From contig OX597815.1 of the NCBI GenBank assembly GCA_951406725.2, positions 57,722,001-57,786,000 of the forward strand: a DNA stretch of 64,000 bases, written 5' to 3'. Under the pieces are notes generated by a model that was not told where the DNA came from, made no database searches, and was given only the letters and a program-made list of their open reading frames with translations. This document shows, one piece after another, positions 53,252 through 64,000 of the stretch. The DNA is from Octopus vulgaris (lineage: Eukaryota). Position numbers and translations under genes: made by a program. Positions within the stretch are counted from its first letter, which is position 1, and every line of letters starts with the position of its first letter.

Positions 53252-53841
53252 CTGTGAATAACTGTTTCAGTTATTTCTTACTTAATTCATAGACAGTGAA
53301 AAGCACAGTTTTTACAGTTTCCCAGACCTTTTGGGATATTTGCTCATTTTCATTAAAAGATATGCTTTAAAAAGTAACAAAAAAGGAACAAATATCCAAA
53401 TGACACATTCTTTATTCATACCTCTTTTTTAGGGTTTTTCTTTTTATTATCATTCTAGGATTGGAATGTACAGTTGTGTTTGACAGTTACAAGGAACTGC
53501 AGTCAATTCACAATTTCTTAAGTGACATTTTATGCTATTCCTGCTGTTCCGAATTCTGATACTATTAAAATGGTTATAAATGTAGCAAAAGTTAAACAAA
53601 TGAAATTAGATATTATAATCCATGCTAAATGGATTGTAGCATTTAATTTCATTTGCTTCAGTTCAGAGTTCAAATCCTGCCAAGGTCAATGTTGCCTTTC
53701 ATCCATCACCATACATTCATACTAATAATATATTTTGATATCATTTTAGCTGACTATACTCCTTCCATATAGATATTGGCCTTGCATAGTTCAAAGAAAT
53801 CAATATAGTATAGTGAATATGTTTAAGAGAAATAAAGAAAT

Positions 53842-54027
53842 ATTCTTTTCTACTCTAGGTACAAGGCCTGAAATTTGGGGGGAGGGGGCCAGTCGATTAG
53901 ATCGACCTCAGTACGCAACTGGTACGTATTTATTGACCCCTAAAGGATGAAAAGCAAAGTCAACTTTGGCTGAATTTGAACTCAAAACATAAAGACAAAC
54001 GAAATACCATTAAGCGTTTCGCCGCCT
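53842..54027 (-). mobile_element. SINE (first family), reverse orientation, in or near the DNAJB11 3' UTR
   Basis: Reverse complement of the 6610 unit; a degenerate forward copy lies at about 53620-53790. Confidence 0.78.
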
Positions 54028-55939
54028 TAAAGAAATATTGAATAGAGAGTCTACTAAAAAGATATGAAATAAAGCTACAAATTATGTGTTATCACATATA
54101 TTTTTTAATGTGACTAAAATGGTGTCATCACAAATATGGACTTGTATAGTCTTCTTTTGTATGAAAAGATAGCCAGGGCCATTAGCATTACACTTGTTAT
54201 TCTTCCTCTCTCTTTCTCACCTGCTGGGTTAACTTTATATATGCAGAGGACTTTACATATAATGCACTCATAATTACACCTGTCTTCCTCATTCCCTACC
54301 TCTCTGGCTTTTCTATCTCTGTTTCTCTCACACACAAAATGTTTGATTTCAAGCAAAGGTCCGTGAGAACAATTAATGGTGCACATTTTCCTAGTTCATA
54401 CTAATATAATTCTCCATTTATATACAATATCATATTTTCTTTTACATCTATTGTATAAGTTTTATAATAACTGGGTTTCAGAAATGGGAGACATTACTCG
54501 ATGCAGGGTATGCACTAACCTATATATCTCACCTGTTAAACACAAAGTATTTGTATATAAATCTGACATGAATACTATTGTATTATTTAGCAATAAACCA
54601 TTAAATGAGTTTGTTAATTAGTGACGGGTTTGTCATGAACATATGTAAAGTGAAACATTAGAATTCCAGGAAAATTGTAAGCACGAAATGCTTGTATAAC
54701 GGAAAAAATTATTTTGCCTTAAGGAAGAGAAGTCTACTATCACAGCCAGAACCCTTCAACAGAGAGAGACAAATTGTTTACACTTGTACTGAATAGGTAG
54801 ATTGGCTGTGATGAATGCCAGAAAAACTTTTTAGTGAAGAATGAGGCAAGGAAAAGAGAACTTAACAATGAGAAACAGATGTCAGTGGGTGAGCAATTGC
54901 CACAGTGTGGAGGTAAGTGAAAAAGACACTGAAAAATTGGGAAAATGCATAGGGTAATGGAGGGAAAATATATACTTGTATATACATATATTTCTTAGTT
55001 TTCTTATGTTTGTGCATTGAATATGAAGACATCTCCTCCATATGTGGATACTTTAATAACTACCCACCCCAAAACTTGATCGGTTACTGAGTTTTTGTGG
55101 AGGACTTTACATATAATGAATCTGTTGTAGGTGGGACATGTAAATGTTTTATATATATATATATATAAAATGAGTTGGCAAGGTTCTTGAGAAGACCCAC
55201 TCACTTCTTCAAAGCTGAGTTCTGGAGGTACTGTATTTCAATCCATCTCCAGTAAACCAAACTACATCTCTTCATATTCTTGTCTATTCCCCTGCCCCAT
55301 CCACCACCACCACTGTTTCTGCTACTTTGTTATCTCACTCTCTTATCCCTCTCCTGCCAACTGTATCATTGCTATCCAGTCACTCCCCTATATACCCATG
55401 TCACCATTCACTGCCTTCTCCTACTCCCTTCACCTCCTTTGCACTCTTGTGAATGTCCTGCTCACTCAACCTGTTCATTCCTCTGCACCACTCTGTTTAC
55501 ATTTACCTCTTTGCAACTTGAAGGTACACCATGGCACATTGTCACCATCTCTCTCTCTCCAACTAGAGTAACCATATATTTCCTCTATACAACACACCTG
55601 TTTCTGTATTTTATCAATATAAACTCTCATGTATGTTTGTATGTACCCTTCTCTAAACGTTATATGATGATTGTAAATAAGAATCATCATTATATAAGCA
55701 ATATTGTTCATTTCCAGTCTTCATGGTGGAAAAAAGCATCTAGCTATGAGAAAATATTACCTTACTTGGAAACATGTGAGGGTTAGCATCAGGAAGTGTA
55801 TCCAACCATTGAAAATCTGCCTTGACAGATTTTGTCCGACTCATGCAAGCATGGAAAAGTGGGTGTTAAATGATGATGGTGATATATATGTATATTTAAC
55901 ATGGTTAAATTCATGCTACATTGGAAAAAAATGTTAAAC

Positions 55940-56207
55940 AAACAAAGCAGCAAATATATCTGTGTGCTATATATCACGTCTGACCATTGTCCAAAGTCAG
56001 GATGCCATGATAGATCGTTAGCTACTACACACATTTTTTTCTCTCCTTGTTTCTCTCCTTATTTTTTTCTGTGTATCTTTCTGTCGAAGAACGTAGGCTC
56101 GAGACGTAAAAGACTTTTTCTATTCCTGAGCGCTATACTAATACATTTGTTTGTTTGTACTCCACCTGCCTTTGTCTTTTGTTTATTTTCGTAAACTTTC
56201 CCTTTAT
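55940..56207 (+). mobile_element. Penelope-LTR-like repeat with a degenerate hammerhead-like motif
   Basis: UCUUU-CUGUCGA-A-GAAC-GUAG-GCUC-GAGA-CGUA-AAAGA at 56076-56113, followed by a T-rich end and (TA)n. Confidence 0.45.
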
Positions 56208-56211
56208 ATAT

Positions 56212-59200
56212 ATCATCATCATTTAGCGTCCGCTTTCCATGCAAGCATGGGTTGGACAGTTCAACTGGGGTCTGGGAAACCAGAAGGCTGCACCAGGCCC
56301 AGTTTGATCTGGCAATGTTTCTACGGCTGGATGCCCTTCCTAACACCAACCACTCCGTGAGTGTAGTGGGTGCTGTTTACGTGCCACCGGCACAGGTACT
56401 AGACGAGTCTGGCAAACGGCCACGATTGGATGGTGCTTTTTATGTGCCACTGGCACGGGGGGCAGGCGAGGCTGGCAACGGCCATGGACGGATGGTGGTT
56501 TTTACATGCCACCGGCACGGGGGCCAGGCGTAGCTGGCAACGTCCACGAACAGATGGTGCTTTTTACGTGCCACCAGCACGAGGCCAGTCGGGGCGGTGC
56601 TGGCAACGGTCACGTTCGGATGGTTCTCTTACGTGCCACCGGCACTGGTAACTCAGCTGCAATTTCCATTGATCGATTTCGATTCTGATTCTCACTTGCC
56701 TCAACAGGTCTTCACAAGTAGAGTTTTGTGTCCCAAGAAGGGAAGGTATGCAAAAGTGAGCTGGCTACATCCCATGTAGAAGGCCACGGGTTATGGTCTC
56801 ACTTGTCCTGCCGGGTCTTCTCACGCACAGCATACTTCCAGAGGTCTCGGTCTCTAGTCATTTCCTCAGTGACACCTAAAGTTCGAAGGTTGTGCTTCAC
56901 CACCTCGTCCCAGGTTTTCCTGGGTTTGCCTCTTCCACAGGTTCCCTCAACCGCTAGGGTGTGGCACTTTTTCACAAAACTATCTTCATCCATTCTCGCC
57001 ACATGTCCATACCAGCGCAAACGTCTCTCTTGCACACCACATCTGATGCTTCTTAGGTCTAGCTTTTCTCTCAAGGTACTTACACTCTGTCGAGTATGAA
57101 TACTGACATTACACATCCATCGGAGCATACTGGCTTCATTTCTTGTGAGCTTACACAAATCCTCAGCAGTCACGGCCCATGTTTCACTGCCATGTAGCAT
57201 GGCTGTTCGTACACACGCATCATACAGTCTGCCTTTTACTCTGAGCGAGGAGCCTTTTGTCACCAGCAGAGGTAAGAGCTCTCTGAACTTTGCCCAAGCT
57301 ATTCTTACTCTAGCAGTTACACTTTCAGCACACCCGCCCCCGCTGCTGACTTGGTCATCTAGGTAACAGAAGCTATCAACTATTTCTAGTTTTTCTCCCT
57401 GGAAAGTGACAGAAGTTGGTCTCAGAGCATTTTCAGTGTTTATTGTTCCTGAGCATCTGCCACATACAAAAACCATCTTCCTAGTTAGCCTTCGTTTGAC
57501 ATTGCTGCACCTCTTATGTGTCCATAGCTTACACTTGGTGCATCTTATAGAGTTTCTACCTACACCTTTTCTACAGATCAAGCAGGGCCACCTACCTGAA
57601 GGCGTTTGTGATTTGTCTACCTTCCTACTTATTAGGACTTTGGTTTTAGCTAGATTGACTCTAAGGCCGTTCGATTCTAATCCTTGCTTCCACACCTGAA
57701 ACTACTCCAGTTCTGATAGTGACTCAGCAATTAGAGCAAGGTCATCAGCATAGAGGAGCTCCCAAGGGCATCCTGTCTTGAATTCCTCCGTTATTGTCTG
57801 GAGGACTATGATAAATAGGAGGGGGCTGAGGACTGAGCCTTGGTGGACCCCTACCTCTACCCGGAATTCTTCACTGTACTTGTTGCCAACCCTCACCTTA
57901 CTAGCAACGTCCCTGTACATGGCTCGCACAGCTCTCACTAACCATTCATCTATCCCTAGTTTCCTCATTGACCACAAGATAAGGGATCGGGGGACCCTGT
58001 CGAAGGCTTTCTCCATGTCAACAAAAGCCAGGTACAGGGGCTTATCTTTGGCTAGGTATTTCTCCTGCAGCTGCCTTACCAGGAATATAGCATCAGTGGT
58101 ACTTTTCCCTGGCACGAACCCAAACATCTAAACTAACTTTCTCTCTAATTAGTTGGGCTATGACCCTCTCCGTAACCTTCATTACTTGATCCAACAGCTT
58201 GATACCTCTGTAATTATTTGTATCTAGGGCGTCACCTTCACCTTTGTAGCAGTTGCTGCTACACCAGTCATTGGGTATGACTCCTTCGTGTATCACCTGG
58301 TTAACTATACGGGTGACTAGGCTATGGCCGACACTGCCAGATATTTTGAGCATCTCTGCAGTAATTCCTGATTGGCCTGGAGCTTTCCCTGTCTTCATGC
58401 TTCTAATTCCCTTAACTACCAAAGAACTGTCAACTCGGATAGCTGGTCCCTCTGTTGGGTCGACATTCGGCAGACTCTCTTTATCCCATTCATTTTCTTT
58501 ATTCAGCAACCTTTCATAGTGGCATCTCCAAACCTCTCTCTTTGCATCCTCATTTAGCGCAAGTGAACCATCATCCATGCGAACACACTTCTCTCCTACC
58601 ACATCACAATTCTCTCACACACTGTCTTGCAACGCAAAACACCTCCAGTCTTTGGTCCTCACGGTACAGAACATTGGCAAATTTTTTCTTATCTGCTTCC
58701 CCTCTGGCTAGATAGACCTGTCTCCTAGCTTCCCTTTTGGCAGTCTGATACAATTCCCTGCTACCACCATTCTTCCAGTCCTTCCAAGTCTGTCTCTTTT
58801 CTTTAATAGCCCTGTCTACAACACTGTTCCACCACCACGTTACCTTGGGACGAGAGGGGACTTTGCACCAGCCACAGATCTGGTCAGTGGCTCTCAGCAG
58901 GTTGTCCCTTAGAAACGTCCAGTTGCCTTCTACCCCATGTGATACTCTATCCCCTTTTACTTCGTCAAAGGCTTAAAGTAGCATGTCCCTAAATCTCTGT
59001 CCATTCGTAGGATCTTTAGGCTTCCAGATCCTTCTTCTCCATGTTGGTCGTCTTCTGGTTGTCCTCTTAGTCCTGATCCTAAAGTCACTAACTACCAGTC
59101 TATGTTGTGGGGTACATTCTTCGCCTGGGAAGGTTTTGGCATTTATAAGCAGCCATCTCTCCCTTTGCCTGGCAAGGATGTAGTCAAGTTGGCTGGTATG

Positions 59201-59290
59201 TTGGCCCGATTGGTAGGTGACTAGGTGGCTGGTAGGTTTCCTGAAGTTAGTGTTGCAAATCATAAGATTATTTGCATCGCAGAACTCCAG
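56212..59290 (-). mobile_element. RTE LINE, young, 5'-truncated, frameshifted
   Basis: APE C-terminal part, RT with LYADD, Cys-rich insert, 3' UTR and (CAT)n tail; very similar to 30900-33237 in the opposite orientation. Confidence 0.94.
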
Positions 59291-59304
59291 TATATATATA
59301 TATA

Positions 59305-60031
59305 ATAGCAGTATTGCCCGGCTTGTGCGTTCTATGCACGCGTGAATTAAGCTAAACTTGGATGAAGTTTAATCAAAATTCAATTATTTTGGTTTTAAAA
59401 TCAAGCATTAATGCCCTCTATTTTTGCGCTTATGTCTTCCATTTCCTCAATAGGAAGTACGTAGAAGCGTTTCATAAATTTTTGTTGAATTATTCTTTTA
59501 GATCAGTATTTCTCAACGGGGATTTCAGGGAGTCGCTGATGATGTATCGTGTCGATCAAAAATCCGGCCTGCTAAAATTTGGTTAAAGTGATTCAAACTG
59601 CAAACTCAATGCAAAATGGTCACATTTAATTCAAAGCGTTAAAAATGTTATGAAAACAATTGGTATGTGTTCACAAAGTCCAAACAATTAATACGAAAAA
59701 ACCCTCTAGGCTACATCCCGAAAATTAATTTCTTTGCCGAATTTCTACAATGTTTACGGCGATTCGTTTTTATATCTTGATCTTTTATTTTTCATACAAT
59801 TTACGCATGGTGAACACAGTTCACGTCAAACAGCTGACTGAGTAAAGTTCACTATTCAATGCATGGAATAAGGCCTAAACAAACACATTATCGATTTTTG
59901 CACTTGCGAGATGAATTTTGGAACAGAAATAACACAGTTCAATTTTCATTCGCCTAAACTTTAAGTGACCCATTTTTGTTGGTTCTACGATTTGTTGGCT
60001 AGGAGATGTGCCGGGAAGTTAAACACACTGA
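59305..60031 (-). mobile_element. Non-autonomous Helitron, second copy of the 12956-13782 family
   Basis: Minus strand starts TCAGTGTGTTTAACTTCCCGGC and ends GCCGGGCAATACTGCTAT (CTAG changed to CTAT) into (TA)n. Confidence 0.8.
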
Positions 60032-60047
60032 TACACACACAAGTTGA

Positions 60048-60089
<42 letters not shown>

Positions 60090-60312
60090 CACATACTTGG
60101 AAACAGATGCACCATGTTCCATTAAGTAGTAAATGATATATATATATATGTGTGTGTGTATGTATGTATATACATACACATGCATATAGGGGTACAGGAT
60201 GTCACCAATGGTGCAAATAACATGAAATATGTCTTGTACCCATATATGCATCTATATATATGTATATTGAATGCCACGCATCCATTTCCAAATAAGTTTA
60301 TCTTTATATATA

Positions 60313-61983
60313 CACTACCGTCAGAAATTAATTAGCACCCTTGATTTGCTCTTCACTCAAGGTATTTGCTGTCACCTAGTGGCCATATCTCGAACTATTG
60401 CTTTGTTGCGAGTTCACTGTTGCGCAGAACGATGACGTAACTTTGTTTGCAGAGCGGTTTGAGAATCTACAGCCTAATGATGTTGACATAGCAGTGCAAC
60501 AACAACTTGGAGTGCGGATGCAGACAAATCTTCCTTTGTTTAATAGATATAGGTAGCGCCTCGCAAGGACTGAAATCACACCATACTAAGTTTTCTCATC
60601 GCGTAAGACGTTTTGAACAGCTCGTAGGTTAATTGATTTGTGTATTTGCAAGATTTTTTTCCTCACAAATTCTCCTACACTCTGCTTTGTGACGTCACTT
60701 CCGGTTCACAAAACTTTCTGTTATACATCAAATAAGGTGAGAAATTCTGCTTTCTTTCTTTTTTTATTTAATGAATAATAACTCATAGCAGTTTTATTAT
60801 AGCATAACATTATTCAAATGAATAGTTTTAATGAAAATAACTGGTTTTTATCGTTCATTCCTAGATGGGCCCATGACCTTGGAGAGACGGTACGAGGCTC
60901 TCTCGTGGCGTGGGAAGCTGTCGGAGGTTGCAATAGCCAGAAAACTTGGTGTAGCCAGGCGCACAATTCAGTGCTTATTTAAGAAATACGAGGAAACCGG
61001 ATCAGCAGCTGACAAAAAGGGTAGGGGACGGAAGAGGCTGACGACCCAGCGGGAGGACCGGATCATGATCCGAATGTCACTGTACAACCGAAGGGCAACG
61101 ACCCGGCAACTGGCGGAGGAGAGGCAAAAGATGACAGGGAAGCAGTTGTCTACAACCACCGTCAAGACCAGATTACTGGAAGCTGGTCTAAAATCCTGTA
61201 GGGCCGCCCAAAACCGGAAGAGGTAGCTGCTCTGGGCCCGTGCCCACAAGACATGGACCGTGCAGCAGTGGTGGACAGTGATGTTCACTGATGAGTCGCG
61301 ATTCAGTCTCGTCAGTGACAAGCCTGTCCATGTGTGACGCCGCAGGGGTGAGCGCTTCAACAAAGACTGCATTGCTCCCACCATGAAGCATGGTGGGGGT
61401 GGTCTGATGGTGTGAGGGGCGTTCAGCTACAGTGGTGTTGGGCGGCTCTATACCGTCGAAGGCAACATCAACGCAGCAAAGTACGTTGAGATAGTACGGG
61501 ATACCTCTTTGGTGGCGAGGGGTACGTGCTCCAGCAGGACAACGCGCCTTCCCACACAGCCAAGCTCACAACCGGTTTCTTCAAGGACCATGGGGTGACG
61601 GTTATGGACTGGCCTGGCCAGTCACCTGACCTGAACCCTATTGAGAACCTCTGGAGTTGATTGGGTAGGGATTTGAATGTGCAGCAATACAGGAACCGAC
61701 ACGAGCTGTTTGGGGCACTTCTTGCTGCATGGGGGGGCCATCCCTGCACAGTACCTGCAGGCACTCATAGACAGCATGCCGACCCGCGTAGCAGCTGTCA
61801 TTGCTGCCAAAGGAGGAGCAACAAGATATTGACTAAATTTCACAATTAATAACAATTATGTGGTGTGCTGGGATATGTTTTAATAAATTTTTGATTAAAA
61901 ACGAGTTCGTTTCTGATAATAAGTTAATTAAATTAAGAAAATGTAGAAATTTGAGAAGTGCTAATTAATTTCCGACGCAAGTG
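60313..61983 (+). mobile_element. Tc1 (DD34E) DNA transposon, full length, transposase disrupted
   Basis: TA-flanked 26-bp TIRs CACTACCGTCAGAAATTAATTAGCAC (3 mismatches); GRGRKRLTT, FTDESRF, QQDNAPSH...WPGQSPDLNPIENLW with 34 residues between D and E; in-frame stops. Confidence 0.93.
60865..61832 (+). pseudogene. Tc1 transposase pseudogene
   Basis: Paired-like HTH plus DD34E motifs, broken by TAG/TGA codons and frameshifts. Confidence 0.85.
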
Positions 61984-62014
<31 letters not shown>

Positions 62015-62464
62015 TGTTGTATCTAGGGAGAGCCATTCTCTTTTAGTGCCTTGTAATTTAACATACTCACAGATAAAATTTCCACTCATTTACTTATGTA
62101 TTTTTCTAAAATTTACGTTGTTTTGCAACCTTTTCAAAAGTTAACTCTGTTCATTATTCAAGCTGTGTTCTTTTTGTTTGTTTGTATGCATGTGTGTGCG
62201 CACATACACATGTATGTATGCATGCATGTAAGTTGTGTATGCATGTATGTATGTATGTATTCAACATATTCATGTGTTTGTGTGTGTGTGCGTCTGTCTC
62301 CTTGCATGTGCATGTATGAGTGTGTGTGTGTGTGTGTGTTTGTATGTGTTTTTGTGACAGTATGTATGGCTGTGTATCCATATGTGTGGATGTGTGTCTC
62401 CATATGTGCCCTCGTGTGAAGTGTGTGTGTATATGGTCATGTGTTTCAGTTTTCATTTGCATAT

Positions 62465-63090
62465 GGGGAGAGGTAGATCCAGGAAGACATGGGATGGTGG
62501 TCAAGCATGACCTTCGAACATTGGGCCTCACAGAGGCAATGACGAAAGATCGAGATCTCTGGAGATATGCTGTGACTGCAAAGACCCAACAAATAATGTG
62601 AGTCCATGGCTGCTTCCTGCACCAGTTTCGCATAGCCCCAGCCCATCCAAAGTACCTTGGATTGCAGAACAACCTGCTGTGCTTACCTTGGATTGTAGGG
62701 TGACCTGCTGTGCTTGAGGAGACCTATTGAGTCAAATACATCAACATCAAAATAAATATCAAATGGAAATTGTAGCTGTGATACCTGTGCTGGCAGCACG
62801 TAAAAAGCACAATCCGAACGTGGCTGATGCCAGCACAGCCTTGACTAGCTTCTGTGCCAGTGGCACATAAAAAGCACCAACCGATCGTGGCTGCTGCCAG
62901 CCTCCCCTGGCACGTAAAAAGCACCCAGTACACTTACAGAGTGGTTGGCGTTAGGAAGAGCATCCAGCTGTGGAAACACTGCCAGATCAGACTGGAGCTT
63001 GATGCAGCCTCCTGGCTTCCCAGATCCCGGTCGAACCATCCAACCCGTGCTAGCATGGAAAACGGACTTTAAACGATGATGATGATAATG
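62465..63090 (+). mobile_element. RTE LINE 3' end
   Basis: VVKHDLRTLGLTEAMTKDRDLWRYAV, 3' UTR and (GAT)n tail. Confidence 0.87.
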
Positions 63091-63299
63091 TGTGTGTGTG
63101 TGTATGAGCTTGTCTATTCATATTACCTATGTAACTATCCGTCAGTATTTCTATCTGTTTACTTTCATGCTCATTTGCCTACTTGCATGTGCATATATAC
63201 ACACACACACACACATACATACATCTACATAACAGTCTGACTAACTATTCTACCTGTATATAAATATAAACTGTGGGTATGATTACCTACTATGTATAT

Positions 63300-63890
63300 T
63301 TCCTATTTAGTACTGGAGATTGTTCATTTGTGAGGACGTACTCCTATATTTGTTTGAATGTTGGGTCCTTCGGGTGCTTGGATAAAATGCAGATGTCAAG
63401 TTGACCCAGGCTGCCTCCATATTGGTCCTTGGCATGTTGGTAGAGTATAGTGGACTGTTCTTTGTCATCATATTGTCTCAAATGTTCATTTACTCTTTCC
63501 ATAATGCTCCTAGATGTCTCCCCTATGTATGTCATCGTCATGTCTTTACATCACCCTCTATGCTTCTTATGCTGTAGACTACATTTCTAGTTCTACAAGG
63601 CTAATCCTTCATACCGTGCAGTTATCATTGGTGCATATGGTATTCTCAAAGGGGTATGTCCTACATAGTTGTGATCTGATGGAGTTGCCTGGCTTTTCAA
63701 CAATTTTAATGTTGAGTTTGGTCTCCTTCAGAGTTTTCCTAAATCTATGGGCTAGTTCTCCATGGGCTGTGGCCTCTACAAACATCACTCCTTGATATTT
63801 GTGGGTTTTATACCACGTGTTCACCCTGTTTGCTTTGTCACAACCTCTTTATATCCTATTCCAATCTTTGCTTCCTATATCTAGGGCAGG
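63300..63890 (-). mobile_element. Penelope-like element fragment (GIY-YIG endonuclease)
   Basis: VMFVEATAHGELA...IKIVEKPG...CTNDNC, then TYIGETSRSIMERVNEH...LYQHA. Confidence 0.8.
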
Positions 63891-64000
63891 TACCATTGGT
63901 TTCATTACATATAATGTTATCTAACTATGTGTATCATATATACACACGATACTCCACTGGTTTCAGCCCGAGGTTGTGGCTATGTTGTAAACATACATTA

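Noticed and set aside
60180-60251. Short imperfect inverted repeat TGCATATAGGGGTACAGGAT...GTCTTGTACCCATATATGCA
   Set aside because: Real, but short and embedded in TA/TG-rich repeat debris; most likely a rearranged repeat end with no supportable function.
61287-61318. CTGATGAG with a hairpin
   Set aside because: Encodes the Tc1 catalytic motif TDESRF; no GAAA or stem III.
63945-64000. Possible hammerhead on the minus strand (AGCC...GGCU-GAAACCAGUGG) near the Penelope fragment
   Set aside because: The CUGANGA core and the NUH site are not recognisable; too decayed and at the window edge.

Overview
AT-rich, repeat-dense eukaryotic genomic DNA, most likely from an octopus (cephalopod mollusc), judging from the SINE/LINE families and microsatellites. 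The only host gene is the 3' part of DNAJB11/ERdj3 (ER Hsp40 co-chaperone) on the + strand. Its five small coding exons (83, 58, 112, 160 and 65 nt) are spread over about 50 kb and splice in frame to the conserved C-terminus ...VYNGLQGY*. Almost everything else is transposable elements and simple repeats. These include a Ty3/Gypsy element with an uninterrupted gag-protease ORF running off the left edge (missed by the ORF track), a full-length CsRn1-like Gypsy provirus with paired 480-bp LTRs, many RTE LINE copies, CR1 and R4/Dong fragments, Penelope remnants, mariner/Tc1/MULE DNA transposons, three Helitrons, tRNA-derived SINEs and multi-kb (TA)n tracts. Most notable: (i) several sequence-unrelated minimal type I hammerhead-ribozyme motifs, three within 2 kb of each other beside the (TA)n tracts; (ii) a PHD-like C4HC3 zinc finger inside the RT domain of the RTE LINE; (iii) a perfect 38-bp hairpin near the last exon; (iv) a Dong-like element inserted in SINE (TTA)n tails. 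Boundaries of degenerate elements are approximate, and family names come from recalled motifs rather than database searches.
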